Positions 18,114-27,915 of a DNA stretch of 64,000 nt are shown in pieces (the stretch's first letter is position 1; each line of letters starts with the position of its first letter). A program made the translations under genes and the position numbers. Below the pieces are notes generated by a model, which worked only from the letters and a program-made list of their open reading frames with translations, did not search any database and was not told the DNA's origin. This DNA comes from an uncultured Synergistota bacterium (GTDB lineage Bacteria; Synergistota; JAGHAJ01). Location of the stretch: contig CAZLJD010000030.1 in NCBI GenBank assembly GCA_964559865.1, positions 125,196-189,195 on the forward strand, given 5' to 3'.

Positions 18114-18890
18114 CTATTTCATCTTCCACTTTGGTGCTCTTTTTTCCAAGAAGGCGTCTATTCCTTCTTGGGCGTCTTCAAGTGTGCATATCGTAGAGAA
18201 GAATAGGTTAGAGATTTCAACTGCTTCGGGTAGAGGAAGGTCTGCCATTTTGTAGAATGCCATTTTTGTCAGTTGAAGCGCAAGTGGACTCTTTGATGCA
18301 AGCTCTTCGGCGAGTTGTTTTGTTTCTGCTTCGAGCCTCTCCTTTGGAACTACCTTGTTTATGAGGCCTATTCTTTCTGCTTCTTTGGCCTCTATAATCC
18401 TGCCCGTAAGTAGTAGCTCTAATGTCTTTTTTCTCCCCAAGCTGCGTAGCATTGGGACTGCTGGGCCTATGCACGAGAGACCGATGTTTATTGCTGTCGC
18501 ACCGAACTTCGTGCCTTCTGCAGCTATCGCAAGGTCACTGGCAGCTACGAGTCCTATACCGTTAGCGACAGCGAAACCATGCACAGATGCTATCACGGGC
18601 TTCTTCATGGACGATATGGTAATGGTCATTTCTTCCATGAGCTGTGTCGTTTCGTAATACTGAAGCATGGACATATCCTTTAGCTCTTTTACATCTATAC
18701 CTGCTGAAAATCCCTTTCCGTTGCCCTTTATAACGACTACCCTGATGTCGCTGTCTTTGTCTAGCTCTCTTAGTGCACTGTTTAACTCTGCGGCGAGTTC
18801 CTTTGTGAATGTGTTCAGGCTCTCGGGCCTGTTTAGTGTAATTGTGCCGATATGACCTTCTCTTTGGGATAGTATGGTTTTGTATTCCAT
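18114..18890 (-). CDS. enoyl-CoA hydratase/isomerase (crotonase) family protein
   Basis: Crotonase-fold blocks (VVVIKGNGKGFSAGIDVKEL, ASVHGFAVANGIGL); start set to the ATG preceded by AAAAGGAGG (track ORF extends to 18920). Confidence 0.8.
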   Translation of the reverse strand: MEYKTILSQREGHIGTITLNRPESLNTFTKELAAELNSALRELDKDSDIRVVVIKGNGKGFSAGIDVKELKDMSMLQYYETTQLMEEMTITISSMKKPVIASVHGFAVANGIGLVAASDLAIAAEGTKFGATAINIGLSCIGPAVPMLRSLGRKKTLELLLTGRIIEAKEAERIGLINKVVPKERLEAETKQLAEELASKSPLALQLTKMAFYKMADLPLPEAVEISNLFFSTICTLEDAQEGIDAFLEKRAPKWKMK

Positions 18891-18965
18891 GTTATACCTC
18901 CTTTTGAGCTTGTTATTCAAATTATACCATAAACTTGAGTTGTATGGGTCTTTGTTGTATAATCA

Positions 18966-19658
18966 GTGCGAAAGGTGGGGGTGGTGTTGGAAGAGGAGCT
19001 GAAGGGCTGGCAAGAGTTAGCTCGTAACATGGTAGAAACGCAGATAGCGAGGAGAGGGATAAAGGATAAAAGGGTGCTTCAGGTAATGAGCGCACTTCCA
19101 CGCCATCTGTTCGTCCCGTCGAGGCTTAAAGACAGTGCCTACGACGATACGCCTCTGCCGATAGGAATGGGACAAACGATATCGCAGCCTTACATGGTTG
19201 CGCTGATGACGGAGTTGTTGGCTTTGGGCGGAGGAGAGAAAGTTCTTGAGGTTGGGACAGGTTCTGGCTATCAGGCAGCTGTGCTGTGCAAACTCTGTAG
19301 AGAAGTGTGTACGATTGAGAGGGTAAAGGAGCTGATACCTATTGCCGAGGAGAATCTCAGGAAGGTGGGGTTGTCAAATTTTAAGATAAAGTATGGTGAT
19401 GGGAGTCTTGGATGGAAAGAGGAGTCGCCATTTGATGCTATCATCGTTACAGCTGCAGCACCCAAGCTACCTCAATCTCTCGTTGACCAACTGGCAGACG
19501 GGGGAAGGTTGGTTATACCAGTTGGTGATAGATATGTACAGGACCTGCTGTTAGTGTCAAAAGACAGAGGCGATGAACTCAAGAAAGAAGTGGTATCTAA
19601 GTGTGTGTTTGTTCCTTTGATAGGCAAGGAGGGGTGGAAAGGAGATGAACTACGATGA
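18966..19658 (+). CDS. pcm: protein-L-isoaspartate O-methyltransferase
   Basis: TISQPYMVALMTELL and VLEVGTGSGYQAAVL SAM-binding motifs; exact start uncertain. Confidence 0.85.
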   Translation: MRKVGVVLEEELKGWQELARNMVETQIARRGIKDKRVLQVMSALPRHLFVPSRLKDSAYDDTPLPIGMGQTISQPYMVALMTELLALGGGEKVLEVGTGSGYQAAVLCKLCREVCTIERVKELIPIAEENLRKVGLSNFKIKYGDGSLGWKEESPFDAIIVTAAAPKLPQSLVDQLADGGRLVIPVGDRYVQDLLLVSKDRGDELKKEVVSKCVFVPLIGKEGWKGDELR

Positions 19659-20215
19659 TAACCAGAGAGGAAGCTTATGAACTGGTAAAAGGACATGTTA
19701 AAGAGGATTACATGGTGAAACACATGCTTGCGGTGGAATCTGTGATGAGGGCACTTGCAAGGCACTTTGGAGAAGATGAAGAGAAGTGGGGAATAGCAGG
19801 CTTGTTACATGATCTTGACTATATGGAAGCAAAGTCTAACTTCTCTAAGCACGGCTATATCACCGTGAAGATGCTTGAGGAGAAAGGGTTAGATGTCCCT
19901 GAAGATGTTAAAAAGGCAATAATAGCCCATGTGGGACATCCTAATCATAAGAGGAAGCTGTTGATAGAAAAGGCGATCTATCCCTCAGACCCCGTTACGG
20001 GATTTATCGTAGCGGCGGCGAAGGTAATGCCTGACAAGAAGTTGGCGTCAGTGGATGTAACTTTCCTTTTAAAGAGGTTTAAGGAGAAGAGGTTTGCAAA
20101 AGGTGCAAATAGGAAGGCTATGAAGGCGTGTGAGGACATGGGACTTTCCTTGGAGGAATTTCTTGGGATAGCATTGCAAGCGATGAAAGACATTTCAGAC
20201 GAACTCGGGTTGTGA
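19655..20215 (+). CDS. HD-domain metal-dependent phosphohydrolase
   Basis: H...HD motif (HMLAVE ... LLHDLDY) in a ~186-aa protein. Confidence 0.7.
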   Translation: MITREEAYELVKGHVKEDYMVKHMLAVESVMRALARHFGEDEEKWGIAGLLHDLDYMEAKSNFSKHGYITVKMLEEKGLDVPEDVKKAIIAHVGHPNHKRKLLIEKAIYPSDPVTGFIVAAAKVMPDKKLASVDVTFLLKRFKEKRFAKGANRKAMKACEDMGLSLEEFLGIALQAMKDISDELGL

Positions 20216-20229
20216 GGAAGTGATGGATT

Positions 20230-21024
20230 GTGAAGGATGTGGTGTTGGTTGAGGATACGGCTCTTTACGGTAGGATACCTATCCTGGGTGTCCATGGTCT
20301 TTCTCAGCTGCTACAGGTAGATGGTTTGAATATCCTATACGATGTTGGTTCTGACTATCGAGTGCTTTTAAATAACGCAGCGTTCTTGGGCGTGAACCTG
20401 AGAGATGTCGATGTAGTGGTGCTCTCTCACGGGCACTATGACCATGGTAATGACCTCCACAGGGTATTGCAGGTTATAGGGAAGAAGGAGATTCCGGTTA
20501 TAGTTCACAAAGAGGTCTTCTCTAAGAAGCCACCTCTATCGTTAAACACTACGCCGGAGGATATAAAATACTGGGGCGGTAGGTTGATATACATAGAGAA
20601 ACCTTACAGGATAGGAGACAATATCTTGATTTCTGGAACTGTGCCAAGATTGAAAGGCAATCCTCATCATCCGGTATTGGATGACGGAGGTAATGTAGTT
20701 GATGAAGTGGTAGATGACATGTCTATATTTATAGATCTTGGGGAAAAGGGAATAGCTGTATTCACCGGTTGTGGGCATAGCGGGATAATAAATATAGTGG
20801 AGTATGCAAGGGAGCTGTGGGGTAAGCAGAGGATATGTTGTGTTGTTGGAGGATTGCACGGGCAGAAACAGGGTAGGGAGGTTGTGCAAAGGAGTATTGA
20901 TTTTCTCAAAGGTTTGGGTGCAGATGTATTGGCACCTATGCACTGTTCTGCAGGTATAAGAGATGGTTTGAGAGATGAACCCTCCTTTATGGGTTTGTGC
21001 TCCGGGAGTGTACTTGAGATTTGA
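20230..21024 (+). CDS. MBL-fold metallo-hydrolase
   Basis: LSHGHYDHGNDL zinc-binding motif and downstream GCGHSG. Confidence 0.7.
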   Translation: MKDVVLVEDTALYGRIPILGVHGLSQLLQVDGLNILYDVGSDYRVLLNNAAFLGVNLRDVDVVVLSHGHYDHGNDLHRVLQVIGKKEIPVIVHKEVFSKKPPLSLNTTPEDIKYWGGRLIYIEKPYRIGDNILISGTVPRLKGNPHHPVLDDGGNVVDEVVDDMSIFIDLGEKGIAVFTGCGHSGIINIVEYARELWGKQRICCVVGGLHGQKQGREVVQRSIDFLKGLGADVLAPMHCSAGIRDGLRDEPSFMGLCSGSVLEI

Positions 21025-21030
21025 GGGGGG

Positions 21031-21984
21031 ATGGAATTGAGAAGGGTGGCATTTTTTCTGGCATTTACGCTTGTGGTCTCTTCGGGGGCTGTTGCATTTG
21101 CTACCACTTATCTTTCTATGGCTACGGGTAGTCCAAGTGGGGTTTATTACCCTGTGGGCAGAGCCATAGGGGGGTTGATTACGAAGTATCTCCAGAATGT
21201 AGTTGTGAATGTAGAGGTAAGTACTGCCTCTGTGTCCAACTGTGAGGCTGTGGGAAAACACGCTGTAGACCTTGCCCTTGTCCAGAACAATGTTGCTACA
21301 TGGGCATATACGGGACGATACATGTTTAGGGAAAAGGCTATAAAGAACCTAAGAGCCATCGCTACGCTGTATCCCGAAGCCATTCAAATAGTTACATTGA
21401 AGGGCAGAGGCATAAACACTATTACTGATCTTGTAGGAAAGAGGGTGTCGATTGGTCTTCCCGGAAGTGGAACATCTATAGATGCCGTTTCTGTTCTCCG
21501 GTTGTGTGGTGTTAAGATGGAGGATCTGAAGCTGTATCACCTCTCCTTTTCTGAAACTACAAGAAGGATAGAAGATGGAAAGATAGATGCAGGCTTTGTT
21601 ACTGCGGGTTATCCTACAGCCTCGATAATGAATCTCGCAGCTCACAAGAATATAGAGCTTGTATCTATCCCTGAGGAAATGATAGAGAAGATACATTTGG
21701 ACTATCCGTATTATGTGAGGATTGTCATACCGAAGGGTACATATAAAGGGCTTGTGCACGATGTTACTACAGTTAGCTGTATGGCAATGCTCGTGGTGAA
21801 TGCTGCACTGTCTGAAAGGCTCGTCTATGACATTACGAAGACTATGTGGGAGCATATAAAGGATATATATTCTGTTCACGAAAAGGCTAAGTATATTACA
21901 CTCAAAACGGCGCTTGATGGTCTTAGTATACCGCTTCACCGAGGGGCGGAAAGGTACTACGAAGAAAAAGGGATGTTGAAATAA
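21031..21984 (+). CDS. TAXI-family TRAP-type periplasmic solute-binding protein
   Basis: Signal peptide followed by TAXI-like blocks (YYPVGRAIGG, SIGLPGSGTS, LHRGAERYY). Confidence 0.7.
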   Translation: MELRRVAFFLAFTLVVSSGAVAFATTYLSMATGSPSGVYYPVGRAIGGLITKYLQNVVVNVEVSTASVSNCEAVGKHAVDLALVQNNVATWAYTGRYMFREKAIKNLRAIATLYPEAIQIVTLKGRGINTITDLVGKRVSIGLPGSGTSIDAVSVLRLCGVKMEDLKLYHLSFSETTRRIEDGKIDAGFVTAGYPTASIMNLAAHKNIELVSIPEEMIEKIHLDYPYYVRIVIPKGTYKGLVHDVTTVSCMAMLVVNAALSERLVYDITKTMWEHIKDIYSVHEKAKYITLKTALDGLSIPLHRGAERYYEEKGMLK

Positions 21985-21990
21985 AAGATA

Positions 21991-22491
21991 ATGTACTTTT
22001 TCAGAATAAAGGTGCTTTCTGCAGTAAGTGGTGCAGTATTGACTCTTTTCTTTCTCTTTCATCCAGTTGTTTACCTTCAGTTGAGTAAGGGTAAGAAGGT
22101 GTGTCTTTACCAACCTATGGGTTTGGGAGGTGTTATTCACTTTCAGACGAGGAATTCAGTTGAGGGTAGTAGATGGGATGAGTATTGGCAGGTAGGGTGG
22201 GATGGGAAACTTTGGGTTGTTGATACCGTGTATCGTGATGAGGGGGCGGGATTCCCTATCGCCCCCTCCAAAGGAGCGCACTTTAAACAGACGGAAGAGG
22301 GTTTTGAGATATACGGTATGCATAGAATAATAACTGTTCCTCTTTACGTAAGGTTTGATGGTAAGAGGGATATCGTTATAGAGGTGGGTGGCAAGATACT
22401 TGCCCTTAAAAAGTTTGGAGAGGGTCTTTATCGTTTGGAGCTCTTTAGGGTGCCGTGGTTGAGGACATTGTTTGGAGGTGATGTGAGGTGA
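21991..22491 (+). CDS. hypothetical membrane-anchored protein (possibly DUF1850-like, often adjacent to TAXI receptors)
   Basis: N-terminal hydrophobic anchor, 166 aa; family name recalled from memory, not verified. Confidence 0.45.
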   Translation: MYFFRIKVLSAVSGAVLTLFFLFHPVVYLQLSKGKKVCLYQPMGLGGVIHFQTRNSVEGSRWDEYWQVGWDGKLWVVDTVYRDEGAGFPIAPSKGAHFKQTEEGFEIYGMHRIITVPLYVRFDGKRDIVIEVGGKILALKKFGEGLYRLELFRVPWLRTLFGGDVR

Positions 22492-23324
22492 TTGTAGATG
22501 TTCATGTGCACATACTACCACCAGAAGTAATAAAGGACATTGATCACTATAAGGCTAAAGACGAATACTTTGCACTCCTTCATAGAGATCCAAAGAGCAG
22601 ATTTGCGACGGCTGAGAGTGTTATTGAGGAGATGAACCGTAGCGGTGTAGATAGAAGTGTTGTATTCGGTTTTGCATTTAAGGATATGGGTATTTGCAGG
22701 ATGCTGAATGACTATGTAATGGACGCTGTTAGGAGGTATCCAGACAGATTGATAGGGTTCGGGGTTGTGGATCCTTTGAGCAGCAGTGTTGAGAGGGAGG
22801 TTTTAAGGTGTAAGGAGGGAGGTTTGGTTGGAATAGGGGAGCTTTTTCCTGATGGACAGGGCTTTAATGTAGGGAAACCCGAGGATTTGAAGAGGTTTAC
22901 ATCCGTGTGCAAAGAGGCTGGTATGATTGTTTCTATACACAGTAACGAACCGGTAGGGCACTACTATGAGGGTAAAGATTCTACTTATCCGGAAAAGGCT
23001 TATAGGTTTGCGTTGGCAAACCCTGATCTTGATATAATATTTGCTCATTGGGGAGGGGGGCTGTTTTTCTACGAGCTCATGCCCGAGGTTAGAAAGGCAC
23101 TCAGGCGGGTATTCTATGACACGGCGGCTTCTCCTTATCTTTATACCAAGGAGGTGTACAGGGTTGCAAGTGCTGCAGGTGTCGTTAATAAGGTACTAAT
23201 GGGTACCGATTTCCCTCTCATTGGTCAGAGTAGATATATAAGGGAGATAGAATCCAGTCTTCTAAGTGGTAGCGAGAAAACCGAGATTCTGGGAGGGAAT
23301 GCTGAAAGACTGTTTGATCTCTAA
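22488..23324 (+). CDS. amidohydrolase-family (TIM-barrel metal-dependent hydrolase) protein
   Basis: DVHVHI N-terminal metal-binding motif, internal HSNEP, C-terminal MGTDFP. Confidence 0.75.
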   Translation: MIVDVHVHILPPEVIKDIDHYKAKDEYFALLHRDPKSRFATAESVIEEMNRSGVDRSVVFGFAFKDMGICRMLNDYVMDAVRRYPDRLIGFGVVDPLSSSVEREVLRCKEGGLVGIGELFPDGQGFNVGKPEDLKRFTSVCKEAGMIVSIHSNEPVGHYYEGKDSTYPEKAYRFALANPDLDIIFAHWGGGLFFYELMPEVRKALRRVFYDTAASPYLYTKEVYRVASAAGVVNKVLMGTDFPLIGQSRYIREIESSLLSGSEKTEILGGNAERLFDL

Positions 23325-23337
23325 AGGAGGTGTTTTT

Positions 23338-23991
23338 ATGAAACCGAGAGAGATGGCATCGGTGATAGACCTTACGGTGTTGAAGCCGGATGCGACGACT
23401 GTTGACATAGATAGACTCTGTAAACAGGCTAAGAAATACGGCTTTTATAGTGTTTGTGTTGCACCGTTTTGGGCGGAGAGAGTAAAGAGGAGTCTTGAGG
23501 GTACGGATGTGAAGGTTGCCGTTGTCGTTGGTTTTCCTCTGGGAAATACAACCACGAATAACAAGTGCAGAGAGGCGGAGGAGCTTATCTCCATAGGTGT
23601 GGACGAGATAGACATGGTTGTTAACATAGGTAAGATCAAAGAGCATGATTGGGAGTTTGTGAAGCAGGAGGTCTCTGCGGTTAAAAAGATAGTGGGAAAC
23701 AGGGTCTTGAAGGTGATAATAGAGTGTTGCCTGTTGACTGACAATGAGAAAGTATCTGCGACGAGGGCAATTGCAGAGGCAGGTGCGGACTTTGTAAAGA
23801 CATCTACGGGCTTTTCTAAGGGTGGTGCGACTGTGGAGGATGTGAGGCTTTTAAAGGAGGCTGGTGGCGGCAAGTTGAAAGTCAAAGCAGCAGGAGGAAT
23901 AAGGGATTTTGAGAAGGCGCTTGCTATGGTGGAAGCGGGTGCGGATAGGATAGGTGCGTCGAGGGGACTTTCTATTATAGGGGTGGAGTGA
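23338..23991 (+). CDS. deoC: deoxyribose-phosphate aldolase
   Basis: ASVIDLTVLKPDAT, VAVVVGFPLGN, FVKTSTGF (Schiff-base Lys region), AAGGIRD; ATG 23338 preceded by AAAGGAGG. Confidence 0.9.
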   Translation: MKPREMASVIDLTVLKPDATTVDIDRLCKQAKKYGFYSVCVAPFWAERVKRSLEGTDVKVAVVVGFPLGNTTTNNKCREAEELISIGVDEIDMVVNIGKIKEHDWEFVKQEVSAVKKIVGNRVLKVIIECCLLTDNEKVSATRAIAEAGADFVKTSTGFSKGGATVEDVRLLKEAGGGKLKVKAAGGIRDFEKALAMVEAGADRIGASRGLSIIGVE

Positions 23992-25074
23992 TTGAGAAGT
24001 GGGGTTGCTTACCTTCCACTGCATGGTGGGAGGGCACCAAAGTGGTTGTTTGATAGGATGAAGAAACTGGCAAAATACATAGTTATTGCATTCGTAGAGG
24101 AGTGGGGTCCGGACCTCTTTCTCCAGAGATTGTCAGATCCGTTTTGGTTTCAGGCACTCGGCTGTGTTTTGGGTTTTGATTGGCATTCAAGTGGGCTTAC
24201 AGTTACTACTACTGCGGCTATCAAGGAAGGCATAAAGGGGATAGAAAGTGATTTGGGGTTGTTCGTGGCTGGCGGAAAGGGAAAGAGGGCACTTAAAACC
24301 CCTGATGATATAAAGCGATTTGGAGATGTTGCTGGAGTTGATGCTGAGGAGCTTGTATATGTGAGCAGGGTGGTGGCTAAGGTGGATTCCTCTGCACTCC
24401 AGGATGGTTATCAGCTTTATCATCACACCCTGTTTTTCACCAGTAGTGGAAACTGGGCAGTCATCCAGCAAGGTATGAATGAATCCACCCTTTACGCCAG
24501 GAGGTACCACTGGTTGAAGGATTCTGTTGATAGCTTTGTAGAGGAACCGCACACTGCGATCATTTCAGATGGCACTTCTTCGGTGCTGAATATGGTGGCG
24601 AAGGAGAGCAAAAATGCCAGAGATGTTGTGGTAGGCCTCACATCAGAGAAGCCGGAGAGACTCCTTAAAGAGATAAAGTCTATAAGGGAGTTAAAGTTGC
24701 CGTCCCACCATTATGTAGTAGGAAGTGTTGATCCTGATAGGATATATAGGGGATTTGTTTCGGCATACGAGCGGAATCCTGCAGACTTTGAGGAGCTTTT
24801 GGTTACGAAAAATGTTGGTCCAAAGACTATAAGGGCACTTGCACTTATAGCTGAGATACTCTACGGTACGCCGCCAAGCTTTAGAGACCCTGCAAAGTTC
24901 AGCTTTGCGCATGGTGGAAAAGATGGACACCCTTATCCAGTGGACAGGAGGGTTTATGATAACTCTATAGAGGTGCTTAAGAGAGTTGTCCAGCGCTCGA
25001 AGATCTCTCCGTTAGATAAGAATAAAGTGCTTCGGAGGTTGCAACATGCTGTAAGGAGTGGCATCGGTGGGTAG
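23992..25074 (+). CDS. conserved hypothetical protein (possibly DUF763-like)
   Basis: 360 aa, TTG start immediately after the deoC stop; LPLHGGRAPKWL ... LSDPFWFQALGCVLGFDWHSSG N-terminus; family assignment from memory only. Confidence 0.45.
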   Translation: MRSGVAYLPLHGGRAPKWLFDRMKKLAKYIVIAFVEEWGPDLFLQRLSDPFWFQALGCVLGFDWHSSGLTVTTTAAIKEGIKGIESDLGLFVAGGKGKRALKTPDDIKRFGDVAGVDAEELVYVSRVVAKVDSSALQDGYQLYHHTLFFTSSGNWAVIQQGMNESTLYARRYHWLKDSVDSFVEEPHTAIISDGTSSVLNMVAKESKNARDVVVGLTSEKPERLLKEIKSIRELKLPSHHYVVGSVDPDRIYRGFVSAYERNPADFEELLVTKNVGPKTIRALALIAEILYGTPPSFRDPAKFSFAHGGKDGHPYPVDRRVYDNSIEVLKRVVQRSKISPLDKNKVLRRLQHAVRSGIGG

Positions 25075-26062
25075 CATAAAGGCTATTGTGCTGTTTTCGG
25101 GTGGGCTGGATAGTATACTGGCAGCGAAAGTGCTAATAAAAGAAGGTATAGAGATTATACCGGTGACCTTTCGTTCCCCGTTTGTTAGCATAGAGCATGC
25201 AGTTAGGCTCTCCGAAAGGCTTTTGGGTAGATCTACTATTGTGGTGGATATATCCAGCGAAATGATGGATGTTGTGAAATACCCTCGTTATGGGTATGGT
25301 AGCCAGATGAACCCGTGTGTTGACTGTAGAATACTCACATTCAGACTGGCTGGAAACATGATGGAAGAACTCGGTACGCACTTTATGGCTACCGGTGAGG
25401 TGGTTGGGGAGAGACCTTTCACTCAGAATAGGGGTACACTCCTTTTAACTGCAAGAAAGTCAGGGTATGATGGTTATATTCTCAGGCCGCTTTCTGCGAA
25501 GCTTTTACCTCCTACGGTGCCCGAGGAGATGGGGTGGATAAATAGAGAACACCTTTTTTCTATACAGGGAAGATCTCGTAAGGAACAGTTTAGACTTGCT
25601 CAAACCTTTGGGGTGGACGAATACCCATCTCCTGCAGGTGGTTGCATCCTTACGGACCCATCTTTTTCCAAGAGGATGAAGCGCATAATCTCTTACTGGC
25701 AAGATGTGGAACTCTTTGAGGTGGAACTTTTGAAGTTGGGCAGGCACTTTATCTTTGGAAAGAAAAACTGGCTCGTAGTTGGCAGGAATAGAAGCGAAAA
25801 TAAGGATCTTGAACGGCTTTCAGCGGATAGGGGACTTTGTGTGCTGCAGGTCGTCGGTTATCCGGGACCTGTAGGGGTTCTCATGTGTAGGGGGAAAAAT
25901 AGTTGTCCTGTCTTCCTCTCGGCAGGTATTGTAGCGAGTTACAGCGATGCCCCTGTGGGTGAGACTGTTGAAGTCTCCGTTAAGAGTGGTGCAGGAGTGC
26001 AGGTGGTTGATGTAGCTGTTCGGGACAAGAAGAGGTTTAGGAAGTACATGATAGTCGTATGA
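25058..26062 (+). CDS. PP-loop ATP pyrophosphatase, MnmA/ThiI-like (probable thiolation/adenylation enzyme)
   Basis: SGGLDS PP-loop at residues 13-18, NPCVDC and AGGCILTD cysteine blocks resembling tRNA thiolase catalytic Cys; likely true start GTG 25067 after GTAAGGAG. Confidence 0.6.
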   Translation: MASVGSIKAIVLFSGGLDSILAAKVLIKEGIEIIPVTFRSPFVSIEHAVRLSERLLGRSTIVVDISSEMMDVVKYPRYGYGSQMNPCVDCRILTFRLAGNMMEELGTHFMATGEVVGERPFTQNRGTLLLTARKSGYDGYILRPLSAKLLPPTVPEEMGWINREHLFSIQGRSRKEQFRLAQTFGVDEYPSPAGGCILTDPSFSKRMKRIISYWQDVELFEVELLKLGRHFIFGKKNWLVVGRNRSENKDLERLSADRGLCVLQVVGYPGPVGVLMCRGKNSCPVFLSAGIVASYSDAPVGETVEVSVKSGAGVQVVDVAVRDKKRFRKYMIVV

Positions 26063-26970
26063 GATACATAAAACTCTACCATTCAGGGGAACTTTTCAAA
26101 AAGATAAGAGAGATAGAGAGTTACCTTTATCCGTGTACTCTATGCCCGAACAGATGTGGTGTAGATCGGGCTTTTGGAAAGGTGGGGATCTGTCGTTCTG
26201 CTGTTTCTCCCCGGGTTGCGAGTTACAACCTGCACTTTGGTGAAGAGCCTCCTCTGGTAGGTGAAGGTGGGTCAGGTACTATATTTTTTAGCGGATGTTC
26301 TTTGCACTGTGTATTTTGTCAGAACTATCCTATAAGTCACTACAATGTTGGAAATGATGTTTCAATAGGCAGGCTTGCTGAGATGATGTTGGAGCTACAG
26401 AACAGGGGAGCTGTTAACATAAATCTGGTTACTCCTACTCACTATGTACACGCTGTATTGAGAGCATTACCTATCGCAATAGAGATGGGGTTGAGTATAC
26501 CCATAGTGTTTAATTGTAGTGGATATGAAAGGGTGGAGGTTCTAAAGATACTGGAAGGGGTGATAGACATTTACCTCCCGGATGCAAAGTATGGGGATAA
26601 CGGGGTTGGAAAGAGATATTCTGGAGTGAGTGACTACTGGGAGGTGAATCGGAGAGCGCTTAAGGAGATGTTCAGGCAGAAAGGGGATAAACTGGTGGTA
26701 AACAGTGATGGAGTGGCTGTTGAAGGGATGATTATAAGGCATCTCGTTCTGCCCTCCAATGTGTCCAATAGCATCAAGGTTCTGAGATTCATCGCAGAGG
26801 AGCTCTCGGTAAATATCCCAATTAGTCTTATGAGTCAATACTTTCCTGCGTTTAGGTCAAGTAAGTATAAGGAGATCAACAGAAAACTCTTTTTACAGGA
26901 GTATGAAGAGGTGAAGGAAGCAGCCATTTCGATGGGATTTAGGGACCTTTGGATTCAGGAGATTGGTTGA
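26059..26970 (+). CDS. radical SAM protein, PflX-like (pyruvate formate-lyase activase homologue)
   Basis: CSLHCVFCQN (Cx3Cx2C) plus N-terminal CTLCPNRCGVDR cysteine cluster; ATG overlaps upstream stop (ATGA). Confidence 0.8.
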   Translation: MRYIKLYHSGELFKKIREIESYLYPCTLCPNRCGVDRAFGKVGICRSAVSPRVASYNLHFGEEPPLVGEGGSGTIFFSGCSLHCVFCQNYPISHYNVGNDVSIGRLAEMMLELQNRGAVNINLVTPTHYVHAVLRALPIAIEMGLSIPIVFNCSGYERVEVLKILEGVIDIYLPDAKYGDNGVGKRYSGVSDYWEVNRRALKEMFRQKGDKLVVNSDGVAVEGMIIRHLVLPSNVSNSIKVLRFIAEELSVNIPISLMSQYFPAFRSSKYKEINRKLFLQEYEEVKEAAISMGFRDLWIQEIG

Positions 26971-27743
26971 CACTTTGGACAGTATCTGGACTTTCTGCTC
27001 CCTACGGTTGTAACTTCTATAGGCGTGCCACAGACTGCACACGGTTTGCCCTCTCTCTGGTACACTTTCAGGTGTGAGTCGAATTTCCCTATACCTGTGT
27101 AGTGTTTTGTGCCTTTCAAGTTGCAGGCTTGTCTAATTAATTCTTTTGTGACTTTAAAGAGCGTTTGAGCCTCTTCTGGGGTTAGTGTATGTGCCTTTCT
27201 TAGAGGGTGTATTTTGGCTCTAAACAGGATTTCATCGGAGTATATGTTTCCTATACCAGCCACTACAGACTGATCCATTAGAAGGGCTTTTACCATTTTC
27301 TTCCTCTTGATAAAGTTATCCTTGAAGTATTCGTAGGAAAAGGCTTCCGATAGTGGTTCTGGTCCCATGTTTTTTATGGTTGGTATCTCTTCTGGTGAGT
27401 TTACCACGCTGATGGTTGCGAGTCTTCGTGGGTCATAAAAGCAGAATTTCTTCTCGTTTCCGCACTCAAAGACGATGCCTTTGTCGTCTATTCCGTCACC
27501 AAACTCTATTTTGCCGTTTAACCTCAAGTGGAATACCATTACCTTTTCGACCGAGGTGTGAACTACGAGGAACTTACCCTTGTGCTCCACAGATAATACC
27601 CTGCTACCTACTACGGAGTTTATATTCAAGCTGTTCTTGTCTATCATGCTTTCCCAGAAGACCCTGATGTTGAATATAACTTCCCCTTTTATGTAATCAT
27701 TTAATCCGCTTGCGATTGCTACTATTTCTGGTAGTTCTGGCAT
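26955..27743 (-). CDS. mutM: formamidopyrimidine-DNA glycosylase (Fpg/Nei family)
   Basis: N-terminal MPELPEI catalytic motif and C-terminal zinc finger CAVCGTPI ... CPKCQ. Confidence 0.85.
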   Translation of the reverse strand: MPELPEIVAIASGLNDYIKGEVIFNIRVFWESMIDKNSLNINSVVGSRVLSVEHKGKFLVVHTSVEKVMVFHLRLNGKIEFGDGIDDKGIVFECGNEKKFCFYDPRRLATISVVNSPEEIPTIKNMGPEPLSEAFSYEYFKDNFIKRKKMVKALLMDQSVVAGIGNIYSDEILFRAKIHPLRKAHTLTPEEAQTLFKVTKELIRQACNLKGTKHYTGIGKFDSHLKVYQREGKPCAVCGTPIEVTTVGSRKSRYCPKCQPIS

Positions 27744-27877
27744 GATTTACCTCCGATCCGTGTACTTTTAATTACTATACACTTATTGTCCCTTTATTTC
27801 AAGGTACTTATTGTTTGGGGCATTTAAGGGTGAATGTGAGGTTCTGGATAATTTTGTGCTTAAAGCCACGAGTAGTG

Positions 27878-27886
27878 TGGTATAAT
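27878..27886 (+). promoter_or_regulatory. possible extended -10 promoter element (TGgTATAAT) for the peptide ABC transporter operon
   Basis: TATAAT at 27881-27886 preceded by TGG; no convincing -35. Confidence 0.35.
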
Positions 27887-27915
27887 AACATAATAAACTA
27901 AACGACGAGGGGGAG

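Noticed and set aside
21349-22140. 263-aa minus-strand ORF
   Set aside because: Antisense to the TAXI receptor gene; no motifs.
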